A stretch of 64,000 bases of DNA from an uncultured Anaerolineae bacterium (lineage in GTDB: Bacteria; Chloroflexota; Anaerolineae; VGOG01): assembly GCA_964390805.1 (NCBI GenBank), contig CAYMKL010000022.1:5128-69127 (forward strand), given 5' to 3'. Shown here piece after piece: positions 1 through 9,179 of the stretch (the stretch's first letter is position 1; the number at the start of each line of letters is the position of its first letter). The position numbers and the translations under genes were made by a program. The notes under the pieces were generated by a model that saw only the letters and a program-made list of their open reading frames with translations, made no database searches and had not been told where the DNA came from.

Positions 1-1687
1 GCACCACCTGAATCGTCTTCTGCTGAGTGTATGTCACCAGGCCCGGAGCAGCACCCTTGACGGGACGCACATACCGTCGCTCGGTGTAATCCACAGCCAC
101 ACGGGCCGAACCTCGCGCCTGGGAGTAATAGGCCGCCAATTGAGCCGCCTGTTTCAGGGTGGCCTCCGGCACCTCTCGTCCCCCGGTCTTGACGATGACG
201 TGAGCGCCGGGTACGCCCCGCGCGTGCAGCCACAGATCGTCAGGAGCAGCCCGGCGAAAGGTGACTTCCTCGTTCTGCCGGCTGTTCTTGCCCACCAGGA
301 TGAGCAGGCCATCCTGGGAATCCACTGCCAAAGGCTGACTGCGCCCCACTTTCTGTTTTCGTCGCTCCTCCCTGACATAGCCAGCCTCGGCCAAACTGGC
401 CTCGACCTCTCGGATCTCAGGCCGATTGACCGCTAAGTCCAGGTCGGTCTCCAATTGGTCGAGGTAATGCATCTCCAGCTTGGCTTGCTGCAGCAGGGCG
501 GGAATCTCCTGAGCCGCGCTCTTTGCCTTTCTGTACTTCCCAAAGCAACGCTGGGCGTTCTCCACTGGCGAGATGGTCGGGTCCAGTTCGATCAGCAGGG
601 GCGGCCCATCGGGCCCGACGGGCGCCGTCAGCTCCCGCTGCCCAGGCTCGATGTCGTGAGCGTAGGCCAGGATCATCTCCCCTTTGAGGCGCAGTTCTTC
701 CACCTGCGCCTGAGAAACCCTCGATCTCTCCAGAGCCTCTTGCCTCTTCCGCACTCTCTCCCTGGCCTGAACGATGGCCTCCCTGGCTATCCGCTTGGCC
801 GCTGCGTAGGCGCCCTCGCCGACCTTTTGGCCGTAGTAGGCATCCACTGCCTGGCTGATGCTCTCTACCTCCTCCCAATCGCCGTACTGGGTCAGAGGAT
901 AGGGAGCAAAGGCCACCAAGCGGTCTTCCCCCTTCACAACGCAGGGCTGCCAGCGGTGCTCCCAAACCGGCATCAGCATCTCTTGAAAAGCTTCCAGCAA
1001 AGGAGAGATCTTGACCACCTGGGAGATAGCCGCCTCAGCGTCCCCCATTGCTCTGTAGACCACTTCCCTACTCATGAGGGGGCTGACGCCGCCGATGTTT
1101 GCCACCAATGCCCTCCAAATGGGGGATTCAGGAGAGGCATCGGACGGCTCGACTGAGCTCGCCGAAGTCAGGATGTCCCTGAGACGCAATTCGGTGACGT
1201 CGGTGGGATCGAGCTTGGACTGGGGCGGCGGGGGAACGTAAAATTGCTGGGGCAGAATGGTGCGGTACCGGCTCATCTCAGGCCCCACGCGCTTGATGCA
1301 CTCCAAGATAACACCCTCTTCAGCAACGAGAACGATGTTGCTGTAGCGGCCCATGACTTCGACAACCAGGGTAGTGTCGCCCTCTGGGTGCCGCACCCCG
1401 ATGTGAAGCACCCGTTCAAACGGTGGCTGCTCAATGGACGCAATCCGTCCCCCGCGCACGTGTTTGCGCAACAGAAGCAGGAGCGGCGAGGGTTTCTCCA
1501 CCCCACGCCGCAGCTTTTCCCCTGCCAGGTGCAGGCGGGCGTGCTCAGGATGAGCTGAGGCCAGCAGGTATCTGCGTTCCCCGTGGGCATAGACTTCCAT
1601 CCCCATGGAAAGATCATCGAGCAGGAGAACCTTCTGCACCCGCCCGCCCAGGATATTAGCCCGCAGCTCGTCGGCCACGGCAGTCAT
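1..1687 (-). CDS. rqcH: RqcH/NFACT-family ribosome quality control protein (FbpA-like), 3' end cut by window edge
   Basis: Absent from the ORF track because there is no stop inside the window. My minus-strand translation from the ATG at 1687 reads MTAVADELRANILGGRVQKVLLLDDLSMGMEVYAHGERRYLLASAHPEHARLHLAGEKLRRG...GRYSNIVLVAEEGVILECIKRV..., then a coiled-coil, then ...LLILVGKNSRQNEEVTFRRAAPDDLWLHARGVPGAHVIVK...VDYTERRYVRPVKGAAPGLVTYTQQKTIQVV. This is NFACT-N plus NFACT-R/DUF814 architecture. The frame stays open to the window edge. Confidence 0.8.
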   Translation of the reverse strand, partial: MTAVADELRANILGGRVQKVLLLDDLSMGMEVYAHGERRYLLASAHPEHARLHLAGEKLRRGVEKPSPLLLLLRKHVRGGRIASIEQPPFERVLHIGVRHPEGDTTLVVEVMGRYSNIVLVAEEGVILECIKRVGPEMSRYRTILPQQFYVPPPPQSKLDPTDVTELRLRDILTSASSVEPSDASPESPIWRALVANIGGVSPLMSREVVYRAMGDAEAAISQVVKISPLLEAFQEMLMPVWEHRWQPCVVKGEDRLVAFAPYPLTQYGDWEEVESISQAVDAYYGQKVGEGAYAAAKRIAREAIVQARERVRKRQEALERSRVSQAQVEELRLKGEMILAYAHDIEPGQRELTAPVGPDGPPLLIELDPTISPVENAQRCFGKYRKAKSAAQEIPALLQQAKLEMHYLDQLETDLDLAVNRPEIREVEASLAEAGYVREERRKQKVGRSQPLAVDSQDGLLILVGKNSRQNEEVTFRRAAPDDLWLHARGVPGAHVIVKTGGREVPEATLKQAAQLAAYYSQARGSARVAVDYTERRYVRPVKGAAPGLVTYTQQKTIQVV

Positions 1688-1697
1688 AGTTAAAGCA

Positions 1698-3008
1698 TCA
1701 AAGTGCATCTTCAGGAGCTTTTAGCATTAGGGGCATGAAAGGAGGCCCTTCTTCTGGAACTCCTGCTTCCCAATCCAGGTGCAACTTTACAACGAAATCG
1801 TCCAGGGTGTCGCCCCCCCTTATCCTGATCCTATTCAACTCGAAAGGCTGCTGGGAGAATTGCCGATCATCCTGATTGATGGTGACAGCTCCCCAAAAGT
1901 AAGCCGAGCGCAAGACATCCACCACCTGCTGATCGTACATGCCTGACGGATAGGAAAAGAAACGCGACGTCTTCTCTGTGCGCTCTTCGATGGCCTCTTT
2001 GGAGGCCATGATCTGCCAGACGACGTAATCAACGGGCTGCTCCCTCAGGTCGGGATGGGTGTAGGTGTGGGGCTCGAGCTCCATACCACCAGCGCTCATC
2101 TCCTTGACCTGATCCCAAGACAGGTATCCCTCGTGTTCCTCATCAATAGGGGCGGTGATCAAGAAAAAAGTCCCCACGAAGCCATGTTTTTTGAGCAGGC
2201 GATATGCGTGGGTATAGTTATCTAGATAGCCGTCATCGAAGGTCAGGATAATGGGCTTGCGGGGCAGGCGTTTACCTATGGCCAGGTAATAGATGAGATC
2301 GCTCAAGGTAATGGAGTGATAGCCAGCTTTCTTCAGATAGCGCAACTGATCCTCGAAATCTTGGGGGAGGACGGAGAGGTCGCGGCGGACATCGTCGGCA
2401 TCAGGTGGGGGGACGGAGATGTAATGGTACATGAGGATAGGCACCCGCGCCTCCCGCTCCACTCCGTCCGGCGTGGGCATTGGAGTAGGCGTTGGGGTAG
2501 GAGTCGAGGTCGAGGTAGGGGTCGAGGTAGCAGTTGGTGTCGGGGTGGCGGTTGGAGTCGGAGTGACAGTTGGTGTCGGGGTGGAGGTTGGAGTCGGAGT
2601 GGCAGTTGGTGTCGGGGTGGCAGTTGGTGTCGGGGTCCAAGTGGCGGTTGGAGTGGGAGTCGGCGTAGCCGCCGAGGAGTGTCCGACCTGGGGCAAAAAG
2701 AGTTGATTGGGCTCGACCGTCGGCAAGAGGTTTTCGACTTGAGGCAGCAATACGCGCTGAGGCTTGGCCTGAGTGGAAGTGCTCGTCGGGGTTGTGGTTG
2801 CCGTCATCGTTGGGGACGGGGTCACAGTCACCGTTGGAGTCATTGTCGCCGTCGGAGTTGGGGTCGGCGTTGCCGTCGGCGTAGCTAACAGGTCTACAAT
2901 CCCAGAGGGAGCAAAACGCAACTGGAACACAGTAGCGATGACCACCGCCAGAGGCAAGATGATTATCTTCAGATATTGACCCAACTTTGGTGGGACAGCA
3001 GTTCGCAA
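1698..3008 (-). CDS. Polysaccharide deacetylase (NodB/CE4 domain) with N-terminal TM helix and Pro/Thr-rich linkers
   Basis: 436-aa ORF with a TTG start preceded by GGGAGA. It has a TM segment (IIILPLAVVIATVF), two PT linkers and C-terminal NodB motifs (ILTFDDGYLDNY, HTYTHPDL). Confidence 0.85.
   Translation of the reverse strand: MRTAVPPKLGQYLKIIILPLAVVIATVFQLRFAPSGIVDLLATPTATPTPTPTATMTPTVTVTPSPTMTATTTPTSTSTQAKPQRVLLPQVENLLPTVEPNQLFLPQVGHSSAATPTPTPTATWTPTPTATPTPTATPTPTSTPTPTVTPTPTATPTPTATSTPTSTSTPTPTPTPMPTPDGVEREARVPILMYHYISVPPPDADDVRRDLSVLPQDFEDQLRYLKKAGYHSITLSDLIYYLAIGKRLPRKPIILTFDDGYLDNYTHAYRLLKKHGFVGTFFLITAPIDEEHEGYLSWDQVKEMSAGGMELEPHTYTHPDLREQPVDYVVWQIMASKEAIEERTEKTSRFFSYPSGMYDQQVVDVLRSAYFWGAVTINQDDRQFSQQPFELNRIRIRGGDTLDDFVVKLHLDWEAGVPEEGPPFMPLMLKAPEDAL
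2469..2669. repeat. Degenerate tandem repeat encoding the (P-T-P-T-A/S-T)n linker inside the deacetylase gene
   Basis: Reiterated units such as cagttggtgtcggggtggcggttggagtcggagtg, translated on the minus strand as TPTPTATPTPTATPTPTSTPTPTV... Confidence 0.8.
2769..2882. repeat. Second Pro/Thr-coding low-complexity repeat in the same gene
   Basis: The minus strand encodes TPTATPTPTPTATMTPTVTVTPSPTMTATTTPTSTST. Confidence 0.7.
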
Positions 3009-3046
3009 ATCTATCTCCCTGGCTCAGTCGTCCTAGAGGACACAAA

Positions 3047-3079
3047 AGACCCTTAGGGTTTCGGAAACCCTAAGGGTCT
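3047..3079. terminator. 33-nt perfect palindrome AGACCCTTAGGGTTTC-G-GAAACCCTAAGGGTCT (bidirectional hairpin; same family as 19788-19820)
   Basis: 16-bp perfect arms around one central base. It lies between the gene fragment ending at 3088 and the deacetylase start at 3008. Confidence 0.5.
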
Positions 3080-3087
3080 GTGTCTGC

Positions 3088-3273
3088 CTAGAGCGCCTCC
3101 ACCGCTTCTGCATAACTGTACACCTCTATCCCCAACTTCTTCGCCACACGTTGGGCATACTCTTCCACCATTGGCGAGATGATCAGTCTCCTGGTACCCT
3201 TCTGCTGATGCTCTTGCTCGTAAAACTCGACCTTGCGGCCAAAGGTGTACACATCGCTGCCAGAGTACTGACT
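3088..3273 (-). pseudogene. Start-less C-terminal fragment of a small PD-(D/E)XK-like (DUF3782-type) protein
   Basis: My minus-strand translation is SQYSGSDVYTFGRKVEFYEQEHQQKGTRRLIISPMVEEYAQRVAKKLGIEVYSYAEAVEAL*. It is bounded upstream by an in-frame TAA (3274-3276) and has no start codon. The family assignment is from memory of the ...DVY.F.RKV.FYE...LIISPMV...A...GIEVY pattern. Confidence 0.35.
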
Positions 3274-3330
3274 TTAGTATACCACGCGCCACACCAAACG
3301 TCAAGTACCCGGTCGCTTGATCCCTCGCAA

Positions 3331-3364
3331 GCAAGAACCCCTGGGGCTGCAACAACCCCAAGGG
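3331..3364 (-). terminator. Stem-loop plus T-rich tail downstream of the OCD-like gene (end of the catabolic operon)
   Basis: On the minus strand, CCCTTGGGG-N9-CCCCAGGGG is followed by TTCTTGCTTGC. The stem pairs 8/9. Confidence 0.4.
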
Positions 3365-3418
3365 CCTGCGCTTGATGGCAAATAGGAAATCGCGGCAGTG
3401 GTGCATGTGGTGTGTCAC

Positions 3419-4462
3419 TCACATCCACAGAGGGCTATCCCACAAGACCAGCTTCTGCCCCAGACCTTCGCTCAGCGCCGTGTGGTAAATGCGGCTGGCT
3501 ACGGCGACGTCATGCAGGGCCAGGCCAATGGGACTGAAGATGATCATCTCCTGGTCATTCTCCCGGCCTGGTTTCTGGCCGCCGACTACCTCACCAAACT
3601 CAGCATAGAGGTCATCGTCAACGAACTCACCGTCGCGCCACATCAGGGCTACCGTCGAATACATCCGCGCCTTGACCAGCTCCCAGTCATCCACCAGCAC
3701 CTTGTCAGCGTGGCGGATGACGTCGTACTCACACTCGTAGGCGGAGACATGGGCGTAGAAGCTGCCAGGGGCCAGCCAGCCATGGCGAACAATCGGTTCG
3801 GCGATGTTGGTGGTGGCTGTGACCAGTATCTCGGCCCCACGGACCACTTCCTCAGCGCTGGCGGCAATGTGTATGTCCAGCCCAAGGCGCTGGCTCATCT
3901 CGGCCACGAACGCCTCGGACCGGTCGCGGCGGATGTCGAAGATCATGACATGCTGGATGCTTGGCCGCGTGACCCGCAGGGCCATCAACTGCGTGCGACT
4001 CTGCACGCCCGCGCCGATGAGTCCCACTTTGGTCACGTCCTCCCGCGCCAGATACTTTGCCCCTACCCCGCTCACAGCGCCGGTGCGCATGGCGCTGATC
4101 AGCGTACCGTCCATCACGGCCAGGGGCAGCCCTACCTCTACGTCGTGCAGCACGATCAGCGCAGATGCGCGCGGCAAGTTGTGCCGGAACGGATTCCGCG
4201 GAAAGCTGGCGATGGCCTTGAGGCCAGCGACACTGAATCGCCCTCCGACATAGCCTGGCATGAGGTTGACGTGATTCCGCTGCTCTCCAGGCGGTGGATC
4301 GTGCCCCCACTCCAGGGATATTTTCTTCGGCAACACATAGTCGCGCGCCGCATACAAGCGAAAGACCTCCTCGACATCGGCCACAATAGTCGCCATATCC
4401 AACCCACCGGCAGCAATGACGTCTTCTTGGCTAAGCCACAGAACTTCCACTCTTTTCGACAC
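3419..4462 (-). CDS. Ornithine cyclodeaminase/mu-crystallin family protein (paralogue 1)
   Basis: 347-aa ORF. It has a Rossmann motif (VGLIGAGVQSRTQL) and the family core (DGTLISAMRTGAVSGVGAKYLA). It shares roughly 40-45% identity by eye with 7105-8130. Confidence 0.85.
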   Translation of the reverse strand: MSKRVEVLWLSQEDVIAAGGLDMATIVADVEEVFRLYAARDYVLPKKISLEWGHDPPPGEQRNHVNLMPGYVGGRFSVAGLKAIASFPRNPFRHNLPRASALIVLHDVEVGLPLAVMDGTLISAMRTGAVSGVGAKYLAREDVTKVGLIGAGVQSRTQLMALRVTRPSIQHVMIFDIRRDRSEAFVAEMSQRLGLDIHIAASAEEVVRGAEILVTATTNIAEPIVRHGWLAPGSFYAHVSAYECEYDVIRHADKVLVDDWELVKARMYSTVALMWRDGEFVDDDLYAEFGEVVGGQKPGRENDQEMIIFSPIGLALHDVAVASRIYHTALSEGLGQKLVLWDSPLWM

Positions 4463-4484
4463 GATTCTCCTCTCCCACAGAAAT

Positions 4485-5648
4485 CTATATCTTGCACTCC
4501 GCCCACAAGAACGGACGGACGCGCTCTTCCACCAATTCCACTCCCAGACCTGGTCGGTCGGGGATGGGCAGGTGACCGTCTTGCATGTCTAATTCTGGCG
4601 CATGGTCTACAACCTGGAAGTGCTCTGGGATGCGATAGGGGTAGAGCTCCTGAATGATGAAGTTGGCGATGCAGGCATCCAGTTGTAGCGCGGCGGCCGT
4701 GGCTACCGGGCTGGCACAGGTATGCGGCTGGATGCGCATGTTGTAGGCCTCGGCCATGGCAGCGATTTTCTTGGCCTCCATGATGCCGCCGGTGTTGCCG
4801 ATGTCGGGCTGGAGGATGTCGGCGGCGTGGCGCTCCATGACGGGGCGGAAGCCGTAGCGGGTGTAGAGCCGCTCGCCCACGGCAATGGGTATGTTCACGT
4901 GCTCCGACACCTTCTTCAGCGCCTCCACGTCAAACGGATCCACTGGCTCTTCGAAGAAGAAAATGTCGTACTCCTCCACCCGCTGGCCAAAGCGGATGAC
5001 GGCGTCGGTGGTCAATTCAGCGCTCATGTCCAGCAAAACGTCTACGTCTGGCCCCACGGCGTCGCGCACGGCCTTGACCCTGGCGACGGCCAGGTCTTCG
5101 GCTTCTCGGACGATGGCCCGCAGCGATACGTGTCTCAGAAAGCCATCGGGGGTCGTGGTGTCGGGCGAAGCCAGGGGGTACAACTTGAGAGCCGTGTAGC
5201 CATCCCTCACCACCCGTTCCGCCTCTCGTGCGAATTCGTCAGGGGTGGCGCTGCGGAACGACCAGCCGTTGGCATAGACGCGGGCTTTGTCTCTGAACTT
5301 GCCGCCCAGCATCTCGTATACGGGCACACCCAGAGCCTTGCCTTTGATATCCCACAACGCCTGTTCGATGGCGCTGATGCCGGCAAAGACGATAGGCCCG
5401 CCGCCCTTGGCCCAGAACGAGTGATCGTACATCTCGCTCCACAGGGCTTCGATGCGAAAGGGATCCTGGCCCAACACCATGCCCTCGGCCAGGTCTTTGA
5501 TCATGCCAACGGCGGCTGTTGCGCCCGCACCGTAGGCCACGGCTGCATCGCCCACGCCGCTGATGCCCTCGTCGGTAAACACCTGCACCAGAACCGGGCG
5601 GCGGCCACCTATGTCCACCAGGTATATCTTTGCTCCGACTACTTTCAT
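4485..5648 (-). CDS. Enolase-superfamily enzyme (mandelate racemase/muconate lactonizing family, acid-sugar/hydroxyproline dehydratase-like)
   Basis: 387-aa ORF. The N-terminal capping domain (ISAIEQALWDIKGKALGVPVYEMLGG) and barrel region (LLDMSAEL..., FFEEPV...) are typical of the DgoD-like subgroup. Confidence 0.85.
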   Translation of the reverse strand: MKVVGAKIYLVDIGGRRPVLVQVFTDEGISGVGDAAVAYGAGATAAVGMIKDLAEGMVLGQDPFRIEALWSEMYDHSFWAKGGGPIVFAGISAIEQALWDIKGKALGVPVYEMLGGKFRDKARVYANGWSFRSATPDEFAREAERVVRDGYTALKLYPLASPDTTTPDGFLRHVSLRAIVREAEDLAVARVKAVRDAVGPDVDVLLDMSAELTTDAVIRFGQRVEEYDIFFFEEPVDPFDVEALKKVSEHVNIPIAVGERLYTRYGFRPVMERHAADILQPDIGNTGGIMEAKKIAAMAEAYNMRIQPHTCASPVATAAALQLDACIANFIIQELYPYRIPEHFQVVDHAPELDMQDGHLPIPDRPGLGVELVEERVRPFLWAECKI

Positions 5649-5717
5649 TCATCCTCCAACGTGCCCTATCTTAGGGGCTGTAAAAGAATAGCTTCCCGCG
5701 TGGTGTCTAGCGAGAAA

Positions 5718-5804
5718 TCATCCTGAGCTTGTCGAAGGGTGATTTCGAGCGGGTTCTCCAAGCTCCGGAGCCGCAAAAGTCGTCCTTCGACAGGCTCAGG
5801 ATGA
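5718..5804. repeat. Inverted-repeat element TCATCCTGAGCTTGTCGAAGG ... CCTTCGACAGGCTCAGGATGA (CTCAGGAT dispersed family)
   Basis: 21-nt arms with 20/21 complementarity, separated by 45 nt. It is intercistronic between the amidohydrolase and the enolase-family gene. Confidence 0.7.
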
Positions 5805-5865
5805 CTTTTGCCAGCGTCGAAAACGGGAAGTTATTTCTTAACAAACTCTTACCGCAGTGCCTTCC

Positions 5866-7038
5866 TTAGTACACCGTGATCCGCTTCGGATCCTGCAATA
5901 TCCTGATGTCGGCCAGCGGGTTTCCATCAACCAGCAGAATATCTGCCAACTTGCCGGCCTCCAGTGTGCCGACCTGATCGCCGAGAAGGCAGCACTGAGC
6001 CGCGTTTCTGGTCCCCGCCACGATAGCTTCCATGGCCGAAAGACCACCATGTTCCATCATCAACTCTAGCTCGATGGCATTTGTGCCGTGCATATCCTCT
6101 CTGAAAGCATCAGTGCCCAGGGCGATCTTGACGCCAGCCTGACACGCTCGACGGAAGCAGCCCTCTTGTGCCTTGAGCAGTTGCTCCTTCTTTTGCCGGG
6201 ATAGCTCACTGAGGCCGGAGGTTTCGTGGGTAGAGATATGCAGGGTGGGTACCAAAAAAGTGTCTGTTTCCAGGAACAGACTGATCGCCTCATCATCCAA
6301 CACGTAGCCATGCTCGATCGAGGTGACGCCGGCGCGCAGCGCGTTCTTGATGCCCTCCGTGCCCTCCGCGTGGGCCATGACGCCCACGCCGCAGCGATTC
6401 GCTTCTTCGACGACCACTTTCAGTTCGGCGAGTGTCCATTCTGAGATAAAAGGGTGCCCCTGGGGAGCGCCTACCCCGCCGGTGGCGAAAACCTTGATGA
6501 AATCCACTCTCTCGCGGAGGACCTTGCGCACGGTTTTGCGCACTTCTTCGACGCCATCGCAGATGCGCCAGGAAGCCTCGTTGACGATCTGAGAACCAGA
6601 GGGATACCGCTTTTCCAAAAGCCCCCCTGTCTGACCGATGCCACCAGAGACGACGAGGCGCGGCCCGGAAATGAGCCCCATCTCGAGTGCCTGACGAATG
6701 CCGGCATCGGCCTCACCGCCGTCGCGAGTCGTGGTGAACCCTGCTCGCAGCATCCGCCTGAGGTTGTCGGCGGCCTGAAAGTAGGAAACGGCCTTGGGGG
6801 TGAACAACCGCTGCTCCAGCGATGCCGAGTTGGTCATGATATGCACGTGGCTATCAATCAGCCCTGGCATGACCGTCTTGTCAGAGGCGTCAACGATTTC
6901 TGCGCCCTCTGGGATCTCGACCCTCTCCGCCTGGCCTACAGCGACGATAGTCTTGCCCTCAATGAGAATGGTGGCGTTCTGGAGTGGCTCTCCGCCATTG
7001 CCGTCAATCAGCAATCCTGCCTTGATTGCAAACATCAA
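5866..7038 (-). CDS. Amidohydrolase-superfamily metallohydrolase (COG1228-type, prolidase/imidazolonepropionase-like)
   Basis: 390-aa ORF with the HxH motif in PGLIDSHVHI, plus later AHAEG and GTDA motifs. Confidence 0.85.
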   Translation of the reverse strand: MMFAIKAGLLIDGNGGEPLQNATILIEGKTIVAVGQAERVEIPEGAEIVDASDKTVMPGLIDSHVHIMTNSASLEQRLFTPKAVSYFQAADNLRRMLRAGFTTTRDGGEADAGIRQALEMGLISGPRLVVSGGIGQTGGLLEKRYPSGSQIVNEASWRICDGVEEVRKTVRKVLRERVDFIKVFATGGVGAPQGHPFISEWTLAELKVVVEEANRCGVGVMAHAEGTEGIKNALRAGVTSIEHGYVLDDEAISLFLETDTFLVPTLHISTHETSGLSELSRQKKEQLLKAQEGCFRRACQAGVKIALGTDAFREDMHGTNAIELELMMEHGGLSAMEAIVAGTRNAAQCCLLGDQVGTLEAGKLADILLVDGNPLADIRILQDPKRITVY

Positions 7039-7104
7039 CCATCCCTCCCCGGACGCAAAGAAGGACGAGAGACAGTCCCTCGTCCTCTCAGCTTTTATGA
7101 CGTG

Positions 7105-8130
7105 TTATGCCCAATGCGGCTCGTGCCACAGTTCCAGTTCTTGACCGATGCCTCGGCGACGGGCCTCGTGGTACACGCGGTGCGCGTTGATGAGATCCTC
7201 AATCCCCATGCCCAGGGGACTGAAGAAGATGCGCTCATCGTCGCGGGTGCGCCCCGGCTGTTTGCCATTGACGACGGCTCCAAACTCGACGATGTCATCG
7301 GGGTTGACCAGCCCTTCGTCCACCATGTCGGTGAGCACGGCTTCAGTCACTTGAAGCTGCTTCTTGCTATCCACGATGATCCTGTCGCAGGCCGAAACTG
7401 CGTCAATGGTGTAGTCGTTGACAGAGATGTTGGCCAGGTAGGCCCCTTCTTTGATCCACTCAGCTTGGATGTAGCGGTCTTCCCGGTTGACGTTGGTTGC
7501 CGGGGCAACGACGTCTGCTCCTTCAACGGCGGCCTTCGCGCTGTCCACCACCTGGATATCCAGCCCCAGGCTTTCTCCCATTTTGTCGGCAAAGGCGTGG
7601 GCCTTCTCTGGCGCGATGTCGAACAGCTTGACCAGGCGGATGTGCTTCATGGCAGTGTGCAGGGCTATCAACTGGGTGTGGTTGATCACCCCAGCGCCGA
7701 TCAGTCCCACCTCCTCGGCGTCGGGCCGGGCCAGGTACTTGGCCCCGACGCCGACGACAGCGCCGGTGCGCATGGCGCTGATCACCGTGCCATCCATGAT
7801 GGCCAGAGGAAAGCCCGTCTCCGGGTCATTGAGGATGGTCACCCCATTGGAGCGGGGCATGTTCCGCTTGATGGGGTTCTCTGGATTGCTGGGGATCCAC
7901 TTGATGCCGGACACCTGGATGTCGCCGCCGACGTAGGCCGGATGCATACTGATGCGCCGGTCATTGAGACCGCCCCAGCGGATGGTTGGCGCATGCGGCT
8001 CGATGCACTCACCTTGGTCCAGCAGGCTAAAGGCTTTCTCAACTGCCTCGATGGTCTGCACCATGTCCAGGCCACCGCACTCGATGACTTGCTCTTGGGT
8101 CAGGTAAAGAAACTTGACCGCTCTTGACAT
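7105..8130 (-). CDS. Ornithine cyclodeaminase/mu-crystallin family protein (paralogue 2)
   Basis: 341-aa ORF containing DGTVISAMRTGAVVGVGAKYLA and VGLIGAGVINHTQL. Its C-terminus (LELWHEPHWA) parallels LVLWDSPLWM of paralogue 1. Confidence 0.85.
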   Translation of the reverse strand: MSRAVKFLYLTQEQVIECGGLDMVQTIEAVEKAFSLLDQGECIEPHAPTIRWGGLNDRRISMHPAYVGGDIQVSGIKWIPSNPENPIKRNMPRSNGVTILNDPETGFPLAIMDGTVISAMRTGAVVGVGAKYLARPDAEEVGLIGAGVINHTQLIALHTAMKHIRLVKLFDIAPEKAHAFADKMGESLGLDIQVVDSAKAAVEGADVVAPATNVNREDRYIQAEWIKEGAYLANISVNDYTIDAVSACDRIIVDSKKQLQVTEAVLTDMVDEGLVNPDDIVEFGAVVNGKQPGRTRDDERIFFSPLGMGIEDLINAHRVYHEARRRGIGQELELWHEPHWA

Positions 8131-8236
8131 GACACTCCTCCATGATTATCAATCCGATTTTGCTCGGCCTGGATCGCCAGCTCCAGGCCCAGAGCGGGGA
8201 TTTGACAATCCCCTTAGAGCAATTCTGATCGAACGA

Positions 8237-9163
8237 TTATCGTTGTAGTTTGGGATCCAGGACGTCGCGCAGGCCGTCGCCCAGCAGGTTGAAGGCCAGG
8301 ACAGTGATGAGAATAGCCAGGCCAGGGAAAAGAGAGACCCACGGCGCGTCGCTCAGGTATCGCGTGCCGTCCCGGATCATCGAACCCCAGGCAGGTGTTG
8401 GCGGGGAAACGCCCAGCCCAATGAAGCTCAGGTTGGCCTCCACGCGGATGGCAGTGGCTATCCAGATACTGGCCAACACCACCACCTCGCCCAGGATGTT
8501 GGGCAGGATATGGATGCGGAGTATTCTCAACCGGCCAGCGCCGATAGCCCTGGCCGCCTCCATGTATTCGTTTTCTTTGACCGCCAGCGTCGCACCGTGG
8601 GCCACCCTAGCAAAAGTGGGCGACAACACGATCCCAATGGCCAAGATCATCTTGCCCAAGCCCGATCCCAGCACGGCCAACACCACCAGGCCCATGATCA
8701 GGCTAGGGAAAGCCATCAGGACGTCCACCATTCTCATGAGGGTATTTTCGACCTTGCCGCCCAGGTAGCCGGCGGCAAGGCCCATGAAAGTGCCCAGAGT
8801 GCCCCCCAACAAGACAGAGCAGATACCCACCGCAAGCGAAACCCTGGCGCCAAATATGACCCGTGCCAGGGTGTCCCGGCCATATGAATCCAGCCCCATG
8901 GGGTGCTCCCCAGAGGGAGGAGCAAGACGACTACGAGTATCCTGTTTGGTCGGATCAAAAGGAGCCAGTAATGGTGTAGCTTTCCGGTCCTGAACTAGAG
9001 CGAGGAACCAATCATCAGCAAAGAGGGCCATGAGACTAACCAGGATGGCCAGAATGAGTCCGATGATGGCGGTTTTGTTTCGGATAAAGGTCTGCCACTG
9101 TCGCCGTCTTTGGCTTCGCAGTTGTATCGTAGGTTGTTCCAGGCTTTTTGTGTCTTGACTCAT
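8237..9163 (-). CDS. ABC transporter permease, peptide/opine/nickel type (DppC/OppC-like)
   Basis: 308-aa ORF with six TM segments and an EAA-like loop (YMEAARAIGAGRLRILRIHILPN). Confidence 0.9.
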   Translation of the reverse strand: MSQDTKSLEQPTIQLRSQRRRQWQTFIRNKTAIIGLILAILVSLMALFADDWFLALVQDRKATPLLAPFDPTKQDTRSRLAPPSGEHPMGLDSYGRDTLARVIFGARVSLAVGICSVLLGGTLGTFMGLAAGYLGGKVENTLMRMVDVLMAFPSLIMGLVVLAVLGSGLGKMILAIGIVLSPTFARVAHGATLAVKENEYMEAARAIGAGRLRILRIHILPNILGEVVVLASIWIATAIRVEANLSFIGLGVSPPTPAWGSMIRDGTRYLSDAPWVSLFPGLAILITVLAFNLLGDGLRDVLDPKLQR

Positions 9164-9179
9164 GGTCTATGTCCTAAAA

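Noticed and set aside
2469-2882. Regularly spaced short repeats that could be mistaken for a CRISPR-like array
   Set aside because: The units are contiguous and degenerate and lie inside an ORF, where they encode Pro/Thr linkers. There are no unique spacers.
6454-8127. Very long plus-strand ORFs opposite minus-strand genes (also 3398-4657, 4722-5726, 10382-11935, 13732-14331, 48346-49137, 55305-56096, 59386-60231 and many shorter ones)
   Set aside because: Their translations are Arg/Gly/His/Pro-rich with no recognisable domains. They lie exactly antisense to ORFs with clear family motifs. They are typical shadow ORFs of GC-rich DNA.
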